Shown here in pieces: positions 13,169 through 25,322 of a DNA stretch of 64,000 bases. Both the position numbers and the translations under genes were made by a program. The stretch is from Setoptus koraiensis. Its lineage: Eukaryota; Animalia; Arthropoda. The stretch spans positions 6,696,001-6,760,000 of the forward strand of contig CM106585.1 of the NCBI GenBank assembly GCA_048013815.1, in the 5' to 3' direction. The notes beneath the pieces were generated by a model. The model ran no database searches. It had not been told where the DNA came from and saw only the letters and a list, made by a program, of their open reading frames with translations. Within the stretch, counting starts at the first letter, position 1; each line of letters opens with the position of its first letter.

Positions 13169-15499
13169 AAGTGAAAGCGACAACACAGACGCAGGGCGAA
13201 TGGTTTGGCATGCAAACAATGCCATTCACCTGTGCAAGCCGTAACGTGCTGGTCGTTAGCCCGATATTGCGATTGGATAATTTGCATATTCATTCATTAG
13301 CTGGTCGGCGTCATTTATTGACTGTTGGCTTGAGTCGTCATTTAATCACACACGCACACTTGCTACTGTTTGCGCTGGCCAATTGATGGCCAGCCGATTA
13401 GACGGAGGCCAGCGCCGCATTTTATTGCATGGTTTCCAGTGACTTTAAACACTTTGCCATCGACATAATTAATGTCAAAACTCACCTTTTTATTTTGCTA
13501 TTGCCTCGGGTGCTTGTGGCGCGCTTGTTGCTTGCAGATTCGTTGTCTTGTGGGGCTCGTGTTTCTTTTTTGTCCGGCCCGGCGGCGTGCAATGCGTTGG
13601 CCGATCTAATTTGCTGCGATTTTGATTTTGACTATTAATTATTATTATTATTGACGCTGGCTGGCTGGCCGATTGAGTGATGTTTCGCTTGGAATCGATT
13701 TTTTTATTTCGCTTGATACGCTGACGGTGATGAGGCTGTCGCTTGTACCCGGAACCTGAGCTCAAACTGCTCAACTTGACATATTTAATAGTTTCTATAT
13801 AATATATAATTGAACAGTTGCGATGATACTAAACTGATAACAGTGAACTGATAAAAGACACTTGTCGCTGTCGGCTGGCAGTTTCCTTTTGTAGCATCAG
13901 TTGGTGCGATCCGATCGTTGGGATCACTTAAATCACTTTGACTGTTAGGTGGTCGTGGCGTGTGTAATAACAGTTCTTTTGCGTTATTTCTTCTCGAAAT
14001 TATCTATCATATAATTACAATGTGTGTGTGTGTTGTGCGTCGATTGAGATCAAGGCTCTCAACTGGATGCCACTCGATGAGATTTGATTGTTGCTCGACT
14101 TGTTGATTTGACTTGACTTGAGGCTAACACAATAACAGCAACAATAATAGTAGTAATAATAAGCGATGATTTAGCTTGACGCAAGCAAGCCGACAGGTGA
14201 TTCCAGTCAAGTGTCGCCGACTCGGTGACCGCTCGACTTTGTCAATTGTGACTGACACTTGCGAGTGGCGTCAGTTGCTGAGTGGTCAAGTGGTCAGTGG
14301 TGGCATCGGTGCATCATTGGCGTTGGCGAGCGTTTGCACTGTCGAGCTGTCGGCCTGTGAGAGACTGTTGTTGCAGTTGCGCAATCTGGTGTGTGACTGA
14401 AACTTGTCGTCTTCTTTTCGCGGCTTCTCGCCGATGTTCGTTGCTTCTCGTTGCTTCTCGCTGCTTCTCGCTGATTTTCGTTGCTTCTCGCGGCTCTCGC
14501 TGCTTCTCGCGGCTTCGCTGGGCCCCCGTCGGCTTGCCGACTTTCGGGTGGCTGTCGTCGGAGCGAAAGATGGGCGGCTCTACTGCTGCTCCGGTGTGTA
14601 GAGGTCGCAATCGGACGCTCTAGCTGCTGGAGATAAACGGTCGAGTCAGTTGTCCACTGTGCGCTCAAAGTTGGCCAAATCTAATATGAAACAGCTAATT
14701 TCGCTAATACAATTGGCCGAGTGGCGCGCCCCAACTAACTAACTAACTTACTAACTAGCCAACTATTAAGATTGTTAAGATTGCGCACACGCTGTTTGTT
14801 GTTGTTGCCGTTGTTGTTGCTGTTGCTTTATCGCTGCCTACTCTTTGTCCATGCACCTTATTGCATCATTGGGCTTGAAACTGGCCGACTCACTGGCAAG
14901 CTAACTGGCTGGCTGACTGGCTGGCTGCGAATAAACTGACTGGCGCTCGCTAACAAGTTGAACCACTGGCAAGCTGAGCCCGGCTGAGACAAACTGAAAC
15001 AAACTGGAGACGATAACGACCAACAACAAACTTATCAACTTACAAAATACAATAAATATACAGCACAGGTGACTCAACCAATTCAGTCACTGAATTTCAG
15101 TGTGTGTGTGTGTGTTGCATCACACCAACACTGGCACTGATTCCATTCGAATTTCCAATGTATAACAGCGAATAATATATTACATAATATATATAATATG
15201 GTACAGATATAGTAATACAGATATTACATAATAATAACAGACACACTGGCGGCATATACTGACAGCGAGCAACGCATTACATGCTGCTAATGCGCATAAT
15301 GGTAATGATAATAATACTAATACTAATCTACTGAATCACCGCCACTGATACATCGAGCCCACAACCTGGATACAGCTCTCACAGCTGATCATCGTCGGTG
15401 CAACAAGTGCACCACAAATAATAAAGCTCGCAAGCCTGCTTACACACTACAACCGATAATGATTATGAGGCAAGCGGCCGCCGTACAGGCTGTCGCTGC

Positions 15500-15690
15500 A
15501 GGGCCGGCTTCTTTCGGCTTCTTCGGCTTCTTTCGGCTTCTTCGCTCCTTCGGCTTCTTCGCTCCTTCGGCTTCTTCGCTCCTTCGGCTTCTTCGCTCCT
15601 TCGGCTTCTTCGCTTCTTCGCTTCCTCGGCTCCGTCGGCTTCTCCGGCTCCGTCGGCTTCTCCGGCTCCGTCGGCTTCTTTCTTTCGCGA
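15500..15690. repeat. Pyrimidine-rich tandem array (TTCGGCTTCTTCGCTCC-type)
   Basis: Repeated 18-mer-like units; the EK/R-rich ORFs on the minus strand come from the repeat. Confidence 0.85.
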
Positions 15691-16019
15691 GTCGCGAGTC
15701 GCGCTTGCCGTTTTCCGCTCGCCGTCGAATTTCGGAGGCGAACCTTCCAATTTCGAAGGCGTCCATTTCGGCTAATGGAACGGCTAATGGAAGTCGCAAA
15801 ACGGCAGAAACTGTCTCGGCCGCTCTTCGCGGGCCGCCCTTCGCGGGCCGCCCTTCGCGGGCCGCCCTTCGTCCGCCTCCCCTCGCCGAGAGCGGCCGCA
15901 ACTCCCACCATGTGCCCGCTCAGGCTCGCTCGCCCAAACTGGCTAATGAGCTAGGCGGGACTTGGCTCCACCGCTCGGCCGGCTCAACCTGCGGCGGCTC
16001 ACCTGAGCTACCTGAGCTG

Positions 16020-16021
<2 letters not shown>

Positions 16022-16069
<48 letters not shown>
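16022..16069. repeat. (GT)24 microsatellite
   Basis: Directly visible. Confidence 0.95.
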
Positions 16070-16070
<1 letters not shown>

Positions 16071-17114
16071 GTAGCGGCGTTGCTCAACGGCATGACACAC
16101 AACAGGCGAGCCAGTCACAGCCGTATGACATACGGCTGTGGCTGATAACGACCGACGAATGCGAATGTGAGCCAATATGAGCCGCCGATGGCCGCACAAA
16201 ATATCCTCATATATCCTCTATGAGCACACTATGTATGCGCCAGCCAACCGTTATCCACTAACAAGCAATTGCGCCAATCTAGCTTGCCGTTCGCGGGCGC
16301 CGCCTGTAAACGACGCTTACATAACCGTCCGGCCAAAGTCACACAACCGAACAGATTGTCCGTGCCAGATAACACACGCCAGAGCTGGCCAGAATCACGC
16401 ACCGGCCAGCAGTGATAAACGATGGCGCTGGCGAGACGACGAAGTCCACATTGTAATAATAGTGCAACAATTAACCACCTTCATGCCGGCTATTATTATA
16501 TCTCTGACATATAATCATACATAACCATGTAATCAGCATAAGCAGCCAAAGTGCTATTATCTTTGGGCACGCTCTTGCACTGTTGGACTAGGAACCAACA
16601 CACACACACACACTGAGGGCCCGGCAACAATATCGGTCGGGCTGGGCACCGGCCGATACCCCGACCAACTAACGTATCACATCATATGTATGTATGCATA
16701 AATGTAAATATAAGTTGCAATCGATTGCCCACTGCAACAATGTTGCCAATGGGCCGCATCAGCACTGTCCCACTGCCGGCGTGTTTGAATTATGCACATT
16801 ACAATTGCATTAGCATCATTATTACCGTTATTATTTTGATTATCATCATCCTTGATTATTGTTACGTAAGCGCACAACATCTCTGATCGTAATAATAGCC
16901 GGCCTCGCAGGCGGCTGCTCGCCTGTTCTGCCCGCTCTCGCCTGTTCTGCCCGCTCTCGCCTGTTCTGTCCAGTCTCGCCTGTTCGGTGCGGTCCCACCG
17001 GTTCCGGGCCGGGCCGGCCCGACGCGCAAACACCGCTGCAAGTCTCTAACACTGTTAGACTGACAGTCTGCACCCGACCGGCTCAACTGTTGCAGTTGTG
17101 AGCGTCTGGCTGGC

Positions 17115-17180
17115 AGTCTCACAAGTCTCACAAGTCTCACAAGTCTCACAAGTCTCACAAGTCTCACAAGTCGCACAAGT
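17115..17180. repeat. 9-bp minisatellite (AGTCTCACA) x7
   Basis: Directly visible; last unit variant. Confidence 0.9.
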
Positions 17181-19376
17181 TGTTGTGAATCACAACGAAT
17201 AACAGGTAATGAAGCCCGAGCAACTTGTAAATTAACTGTATCACCACTTGTTGTTGTTGTTGCTACATCTCATAGCTCTGCGAATCTATTATGCAATAAC
17301 ACTTTTACGCAGTTGCAGGCCGGCACAAGTGACTGGCATGATGCAACTGTTGCATCATGCTGGCGTCCATAGAGAGTGATGAGAATCGACAATGAGAATA
17401 CTGAGACAACTTGGCAATTCACTTATATATCGGCACAAATCTGCTGCCGATATAAGGCCTTCCATTCGTGCCCCTTCCTGTTTCGGCCGCATTCCACGAA
17501 AATGCTCGCCGGTCTGCTGTTGTAATCGGCCTCCAATCGGTGCCAATGTCCACCGCTTGTTAACGAATAACTCGTCTGAATAGTGAAGCCGCTCGTGATA
17601 GTGCTTGCATAGTGCTCGCTCGCCACCACACTCCGGCCAACAATGTGATCGCACAATTAAAGGGCCCGCAATCGACAATTTGAGCTGTTGCTAGCTCGCT
17701 AATCCAATGATATTGCGCAATAATCGCAACATTATCCTTTATTATTATAATTACTATTATTATAATGATATTACATCTTATGATAATAATCACAAAAAGC
17801 CTGGCGAGCATGCCTGAGCTGGCCAACTGTATCGCTGGTCGGCTTTTCGGCCGATACTGTTTCCCATGGCAACGTGTTCACGGCAACAGCAGCAACAACA
17901 ACAGCAACAACAAGGGCCACTGCAACAGGAAATCTTCGCTCTCGCTCCTTTGTTTGATAATGTTGTCAGGAATAAAATAATGTTGTTGACAGCGACCCCC
18001 TCTCGGCTTATTGTCCGTCACTTTCGTCATTGAGAGCCGAGCCGGGCCGGGCCGAACCGCACCGCACAAGTTCATTGCAATGCTGACGTGTCCGTCCGAC
18101 AGCCGACCGTCGCCTCGTCAATCGACACTCGTAATCATTCCAACTTATCGCGCGTTCTTCGTTGCAGTTCGCTGACGGATTTTCTCAGTCAATGGTGGTG
18201 AGAAATGCCAAGTTGCGATCAATCGAGCGTACGAACGATGGCATTTTGTTGCAAAGATCAGCCAGGCAAAACGATATGTCTCAAAAGTCGCGATCATTGG
18301 CGGCAATCAGACGCTTTCTCCCATCGACCGTCATCATTCACTTCGGGGCCCCGGATGAAACCCGCTCACCCGCCGACCGGAGCGCTGCGGGCGTTCATTT
18401 TGCTTGACTCGACGAGCGATGTGTGTTGCTATTGATTAACTTATCCAATTGTTAATTTATGTAATTGAATTACGTACATTCGTCGTACATTAGCGAAATG
18501 AGCATGAATTTTCAATTAGCCGAAATTGAATTTGCCCTAGCTAAAATTAGTTTTTTTGGCGCACGCGAGCATCGCAGCATCAATCATGGGCATAGTCTCA
18601 TTATTTTGGCCATTCTGGTGTCGGTTGCGAGATAAGTGCAACAGATAGCCCGGCACTGGTCAGCTAAATGACGTCTCCTCTGCAAAGGTGTAATATCCCA
18701 TTCAATGTGATGCAATTTTTTTTTCTTCATCTCTGCTCATCGCAAGCTCGAGCCTGGCAAAAAAATAGGCGATTTTTTGTTGCAAAACAGGGTTGGCTTG
18801 ACAGCACCCTCGCGTTTGTCCGGATCTCATCATGTATAGAAAATGTGTATTACAGACACGGTATATATATTCGAATTTGAATATTTGAAAGCGGCGCAGA
18901 TTTTCACTTGTCCAACTTGTGAGATTGTAGATAACAGTTTAAATTGGCGAATTATCGCTGAGTCTTGTAAACTGATGATTTCGCCGACTTGATCGCCAAC
19001 GATTCCTGATTAAATAACTTGGCATTGGCACCCTCGCAACACAAACTTCTTTTTTCTTTTATTCGCTACGAACAACCAGTTGTTGCTCACAATGCTGGCT
19101 TAATATAAACGGGCAGGTAACTTAAATTAAATCGCAACACTAATAATAGGCACTGCTCAGGCAACAATGGAACAATCGACCATTAAACTAGATCCAGACT
19201 ACGCTATGACCAAGGTCAGAGAGTGGCCAATGCCGTCGCAAATTCAAACGGCAAACAAACTGCTTAATACTAAAGTAAAACAATTGATTAATTTATTGTT
19301 TCTCATGCGAATAGATTAAGAGATTTACAAGAGTTAGCGCAGCAATAACAAACAACAACAATGATGATGATGAGCT

Positions 19377-21666
19377 TCAGCTTGCCGGCCCGAACATCTC
19401 ACAAAATTTTTTCACATAATGTTCGCATTGTTCTCCCTCGACAAAAGCTGCCGACCCTCTTAATCTGATGTTTCTATATTCAAAATATCGAAAAATATTG
19501 TAAAACAGGTTGTGTTGTCCCGTCTCTAAGGCACTCGCAAAAAATTGTCTCGCCGACACCGTGTCGACGTTTCCATTTGATTCTAGAAAACTCAGGGCTT
19601 TCATCAGTTGATTTTGTGACAATAACACATCGACAATTTCCTCATTGGCGGTCGATAAACGGCTCAGCATGTCGAGGCCAAGCTGAACGAAATCGGGGTA
19701 TATGGAGCTGAGAGATAGCAGAAGACAGGATAATTGTTTTGAATCCGTGAACATTCTCGCAACAATCAATTGGTGCAACTGATAAAATTGTCCACCTCTC
19801 ACTAGGCAATCAATCAATTGTTTGTATATGGCATATTCCACAAATTTATGATGTCTCTTCAACGAGAATATGTACTCCAATATTACTGATGACACATATC
19901 TAACACATTCAGACGTCTACGCGGTGATCGCAGATGGATGAAAAATAATTGAGATATTTTGGTTAGAGAGCGGCCATTGAATTGGTAACCAATCAATCAA
20001 AATTTAGGCCGTAATTTCTGACTGCATACTTTACCTGGTACTTTTCTTCGCCGTCGAATTGCTGCAACACGCCGTGATAAACGTCCAATTGATCTATTTT
20101 GACTTTATAGTTGCCTATTGTTGAAATGGCTTTGAAAGGTAGCAAGTCCTTCGAAGTATCTCGGTCCAGAGTGGTCGCCGGCGACGGTGACGTTGTCAAT
20201 TGTGGCGACACAGACTGATCCCTTTGATTGTCGTTCTCTGCTATAGTCATGTGACTGAGTTTCTCGAATATGTTGGACATCTCCTCGAGCGGATTAAGAT
20301 TGTTCTCAATGGCTGCACCTGTCGTAGACCATCGGCATGTTTCTTGGGCGAGCTTACGACACTTTTTAATAATGTGATACTTGGCTTTTCGGCGTAAAGC
20401 TAAAAAATCCAACAGTAAATCTTGGTCGCTGATAGATTCTATCATCACGTTGAGATCTATTTTGAGTTTCCACAATAGACCTTTTTTGGCGTCAATGATA
20501 TAATTTGGCTGAAAGAATACCCAGCTGATGGAATAAAGCTCAGGATTAACACTCGTGGTATCGCCACTATTGGTGGGTGCGGACTCTGACTGCTTGACAA
20601 CTATTGGTCTGGCATCAAGAACAGACTTGTAATGATTGAGAAGATTACTTTTTTCCGTTTGATACAATTCTATATCGTAGAGCAGACTAGTTTTTGAGGG
20701 TTGATCGTGCACTATAATCAAATCGTCTAGAATATTTATTGCGAATCTGCCATTCATATTCAAATCAAGAATATGAGTTTTGGTTGTTTGGCCACCACGT
20801 GAATCAACCGTGTAAATCAGCACTTGAGCGCCTGTCGAGTTCTTATTGAGCATCTCATGTTGTAATACTAGTAATCTTATCTTCCCGTAAATCGTGCTAA
20901 TAGTAACATTCTTCTCCAGCAACGGCGAACTAGATTCATTGTCCAATCTTTGCCATGGTCCATCTACTTCAAATTTAGTCAATCTAACGACCTGCTTCAG
21001 GTTAAACTTATATGGTTGTATGACACTACCAGAGGAGCTGGTAGACACCATCAGTATAGGACCCTCGGAGGTCACTTGTTTCTGGTGGTCGATACCTGGT
21101 TGAAAAACAAACCAATTGGTGCTGGACGAGAATATTTTCACTGATTCTAAGGATTGTTTATCTCGTTTGACATGATAATATTCAATGCTAAAATTGGTAA
21201 CAATAACAATATCACTATCACTTGTCCAAATGTATCCAAAAATTGAACTGTTCTTGTAATTGACTGATTGACGATAGCTCAAATTAGGATCCAGGGTGTA
21301 AATATCTTGGCCCCCAACCAGCTTATAGTGGACATTTCTAAATTCTATGAAATCTTGGCCAGTTTGGTAGGCCAGTATGGAATGAGCTGGATTGAATTTT
21401 ATAGATATCACTCTCTTTCTAGTTGGCAGATTTAATGTGAGCCTCCATTGGATATTGATGGCATTTTGGAAGTTGATTTCCACTATGTCGTCTCTCAGGT
21501 TTCTATTGTCCTTTCTGGTAGTTATAATCTCGTGATTATATTCATCGAAGAATATGGATACTTTGGGCGACACTGGCTCAAATTTGAGGCAATCCTCCGG
21601 GTCCAGGTACAATGGAGGCTCCTTCATCTCTTGTTCACTCGGAGATTGTTTAGAGGCGGAACCCAT
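19377..21666 (-). CDS. RMC1: Regulator of MON1-CCZ1 complex (C18orf8/Mic1 family), 2 exons (21666-20030, 19899-19377), ~719 aa
   Basis: N-terminal beta-propeller-like region (VFFDE-like SIFFDEYN; TKFEVD; GRFAINILDDLIIVHDQPSKTSLLYDI) and C-terminal Mic1 domain (VILEYIFSL...QLHQLI...LLLSLSSIYP...QLGLDMLSRL...NEEIVDVLL). A GT-AG intron at 20029-19900 restores the frame. Confidence 0.88.
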
Positions 21667-23120
21667 ATTTTCAGGTAGACAATAAAGTGTTTGTCAATCA
21701 TCAATCGACCGTTCACTGACGAAAAAAGTGTCCTCTTTCTAAAATAAAAACCATTTGCTCTACAATATTCGGATAACGCTTCAGGACCTGATGGCTTGCA
21801 AATCAAAAGATCAAAAAAAAATCAAAACATTGATCAGCTGTTGCGCCAGCCGATCAAATGTTGCAACTCACGGGGCACACTCTAGGAATGTCTCGTGTAG
21901 TGGACATCGGATCCTACTAAGTTATTATTAGTAATAACAATATACTATATAATATTACCGCCGTTTTACGGCAAAACTTGACAATAGTTGCTGCAGAAGT
22001 TGAGCCGAGTTGCCAATGAAGCTTCCCTGGCTGATATTCTGTAAACAAAGTATTTTGTAAAAAAAGACCCCTCAATGTAATCGGGGGCCATGACAATGTC
22101 GGCATCTCAACCTCATCCATATTGACCTGGCTGCCTGGCGTCTGAGCTCCGATCAACCACGAGCTGCTCTGCATTCAAATATCTCTTGATCGGATGAGCC
22201 TCAACAGATAGATTGCCCGACACCACGAGACTGGTTTCCGCTATGAGCATCAGTTCGCCTCATTGTACCAATGCCAATCATGGGAGCCCCGCACCGTTGC
22301 ACCGTCGTTGCATTGCATCATGCGTGTTGGCCAATGCTGGCCAGCATTGTCTTTAATTGATTATTTATATCATGCATTTTCCATGCATTCCATCTCCAAA
22401 TGCCCTGACCCGACCCGATCAAAGTGTGGGTTTGATGCCCGAAACGACCGCCGTGCGCACGCCACATGTGTGAGTCACCCTGCGATGCGGACGTTAGAGC
22501 AAGGCGGAAACCCAGCCTAGCGGTCACACCTCAATACCCGTCCTCGCCCAAGCGGCAATGTTGTTTTGTCGGATGGAACCCTGTTGATGCACACACACAC
22601 TACACACACAGACAAGGTGGTAACCACTGAGTGGTTGTTGTGTAAGAGCACAGGTAAATTGTGCGTAACCGTGCACCACTACTTGCTTCTTCTTTTCACT
22701 TCGGCAGCCATGAGCTCTCTTCCACCGCCCATTATTGTTATTCGCGTAGATACATACAAATACATATACAAATACAAATTAAATATCAAACATAACACAC
22801 AGCTTAGCTGCGATTTGCATATGAGTCAGATAGGAGCCACTTGTGGAGGAATCAAGCTCGATCACAGCAATAAATAATAGGCCAATTAACATTATATCAC
22901 CACCAATCTAGCCAGGCAAAATCAGACAGTTATCAATTAGTGCTGTTGTTTTTGCATAATTACACTGCATCGTGAGATGGACAATTTATGTCGGCGACAA
23001 AGGAAATATTTCTAGCGCTTGCACACTTGAATTCCTAAAATTGTGAATGATTGCTAAAACACTGCCACAGTTGAGAAAACAATTTTCACATGACAACGAG
23101 CAACAACATTACACAATAAC

Positions 23121-23948
23121 ATGTTACTCTACAGCAACAATAGCATTCTATTAGTTTTTAGCTCCATATTGGCATACGTGTCACCAGGTAAGCAGCCGGC
23201 ATGAAAGCCTCGTTCGGCAGATTCGATTGATATATATATATATGATAGTAATATGTAATTGTTTCTCTCCAATTGTTTTCAAATTGCATAGTTATCTCTA
23301 TTTGGTGTTACTCGTGCATTAGCAACCAGCCCGGATGCTCGGAAAACAGTGTCAGCTGGCTCATACACGGTAGTGTTACCTGTCCAAAGGAGGACGACAA
23401 ATGCGTCAAGATAATAGAGAGGCGTCAGAGTATGTCATCCGTTCACTTGCATACTATTGTTAAGCCGACGCACCGATCAATTCTTCCACTAACCAAATTA
23501 TCTGTTAATCTTATCTATCCACGACGATTCTGTCTCAATCAATTAGGCGATGTTTTCATTATCAGAGATTGCCTCTCCAATATCATGTACTCGAGGCCCG
23601 ATATACCTGGAGATAAGTACGAAGGCTGCAGACCGGCAGCGCCGAATCCTAAAATAGGTGTCAATGTCTTCAATAACATCAAGGAATTAGATCTCAAAAT
23701 GTAAGTAAACCACTTACGCATGCACTCACATCTTGTCATCTCAAGACCAAACTATCACTCATACAAAAAAATGTTTCTTCATTTGATCTACTACCTCCAC
23801 TCACAGGGATAATTACGATAACGCCACATACTGTTTTTGTGAATTCGACCAATGGTGCAACTCGGCCAAATCAATACAACCCTCCCAATTGTTAGTTTTA
23901 ACGCTGACAGTAATGATTCTAGTATTCACAAGTAAATATGTTACTTGA
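23121..23948 (+). CDS. Ly6/uPAR three-finger (quiver/crooked-like) GPI-anchored protein, 4 exons (23121-23187, 23292-23429, 23547-23700, 23807-23948), ~166 aa
   Basis: Signal-like [22 protein letters not shown]; IWCYSC...C...[10 protein letters not shown]; RDCLS...[14 protein letters not shown]; C-terminal [13 protein letters not shown] followed by a hydrophobic GPI-signal tail. Three GT-AG introns keep the frame. Confidence 0.85.
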
Positions 23949-24599
23949 GCTAGAAAGATTGATATGAAAATCACATTTCACCTTCCGAATAGTGGCTTCA
24001 GGTACAATGCACTGAGTGCAAACAAGATTTGTCTAAATTTTAGAACAGACAGGTTAAGTCAACTGCCGCATTGTATTGAGCGACGAATTGTCCTTATTGT
24101 TTGTTGATGAATAATATCCTTGAATACTTATCATGTCGGTGGGCTTATAAACATACATTTGTACAGATATATAAATACACATATTATATATGTATGTATT
24201 TATTATATATATATATATATATATGTAATTACTATTATTACGGTTTGAATGAGAATGCCCAAAGGTGTCCTTTCGTGTATTTTCATCGGTGCCAGGGCCG
24301 TCGCTCGAGTTGAGCACAGAGATTTAGAGTCAGCTGCACAGAGTAGGGTTTCAATAAACTAAACAGGTGACCTAAAAGATCACAGCCATAACAGATTGTC
24401 TGTCTATTTAACATCATCAGATATAACCAATGTTGTATAATACCGATGTGTTTTTATAGAAATGTTTTTATGAAACTGCTAGTAATCACAAAAGCTATAT
24501 TTTGAATGTGACCTTTTCAGCGTTTTCATATAATCCCGCCAGTGTGTTGTTGAGACCAGTCACAGTAAAAACACGTGGACCTTGTTAATAAAAAAAAAC

Positions 24600-25262
24600 A
24601 TGATAGAATTCCTAAATTCACGCCGGATGACCATCGTCATTGTAGTTCTTATTGCAATTTGCACCTTCATAGTTGTTATTGAAGAATGGTTCACAAATAG
24701 TCAAATCGGAGGATCGGCGCTATCAACAAATCAAATTTATTTTTACAACAGTAATATCATAAATAGTACCAGGGGTAATAGTAATGATGTGATACATACC
24801 GTAAAACTAAACAGCTCATCTCCAAACTCAGATCGCCTTGGATTGGATCATCAACGAGGAAACAATTTAAATAATCTGGCCATAGATTCGAAACGCCCCC
24901 AAAAAGCAGAGAAGTGCTGGCTTAAGGAATCATTTGAGATCGTGAAACCATGTGCTCAGTGCTCGTATGAAGAAACCGAATACTTGGAATCCTCTTATCA
25001 TTCTTCTAGAAAATCATTGTGCCTAACAACGGGTTATAAAGAACTCATCGAATGCGAAATATCGGGTCAAGTTGAACGTGTCTGTTACACTAGCTGGAGG
25101 CAATTTCTGGCTTTTCTCAGTTTGATGACTCTATTTGGATCAATATCAGGATTATTTATTAAGCATCGTCAGCACGAGTTGCAGTGTAGAAATCTATCAA
25201 GATTGAGAAAACAAACAGATGAAGAGTCACAACAAACATTAATCAATATGGGCTATGATTGA
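24600..25262 (+). CDS. JTB: Jumping translocation breakpoint (JTB) family protein
   Basis: MIEF..RRM followed by a hydrophobic segment; CWLKESFEIVKPC..C...C..TGYKELIEC...C Cys pattern; TM helix, then RQ..L...R basic tail. Confidence 0.85.
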   Translation: MIEFLNSRRMTIVIVVLIAICTFIVVIEEWFTNSQIGGSALSTNQIYFYNSNIINSTRGNSNDVIHTVKLNSSSPNSDRLGLDHQRGNNLNNLAIDSKRPQKAEKCWLKESFEIVKPCAQCSYEETEYLESSYHSSRKSLCLTTGYKELIECEISGQVERVCYTSWRQFLAFLSLMTLFGSISGLFIKHRQHELQCRNLSRLRKQTDEESQQTLINMGYD

Positions 25263-25322
25263 ACAGAGAAATTATATTTAATAAATACCAATAACGTCAT
25301 AACAATATAACTGAGAAAAAAA

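Larger units (their letters stand above)
1..18700. other. Gene-poor, simple-repeat-rich non-coding domain (probable extended cis-regulatory region)
   Basis: No ORF in the six-frame track matches a protein family I recognise, and most long ORFs run through repeats. Microsatellites, minisatellites and CpG-rich palindromic tracts are dense, with an abrupt switch to gene-dense AT-richer DNA at ~18.7-19.3 kb. Confidence 0.7.

Noticed and set aside
14083-14146. 14-nt match to miR-315 (TTTGATTGTTGCTC)
   Set aside because: The match ends at 14 nt, only ~9 bp pair with the downstream arm, and TTG/CAA repeats are ubiquitous here.
1739-17180. Tandem arrays considered as CRISPR-like
   Set aside because: The units are contiguous with no unique spacers, and the context is eukaryotic with no cas genes.
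2-18435. Numerous 60-230-aa ORFs in the first 18 kb (polyQ, polyT, EK/R-rich, RS-rich)
   Set aside because: They run through microsatellites or minisatellites, are open in several overlapping frames on both strands, and show no recognisable domain or splice-consistent gene model.
22030-22270. Minus-strand frame LIAETSL...DRSS...GQYG resembling a LINE APE endonuclease
   Set aside because: Similarity is limited to two short motifs with stops between them, and no other endonuclease motifs are present.
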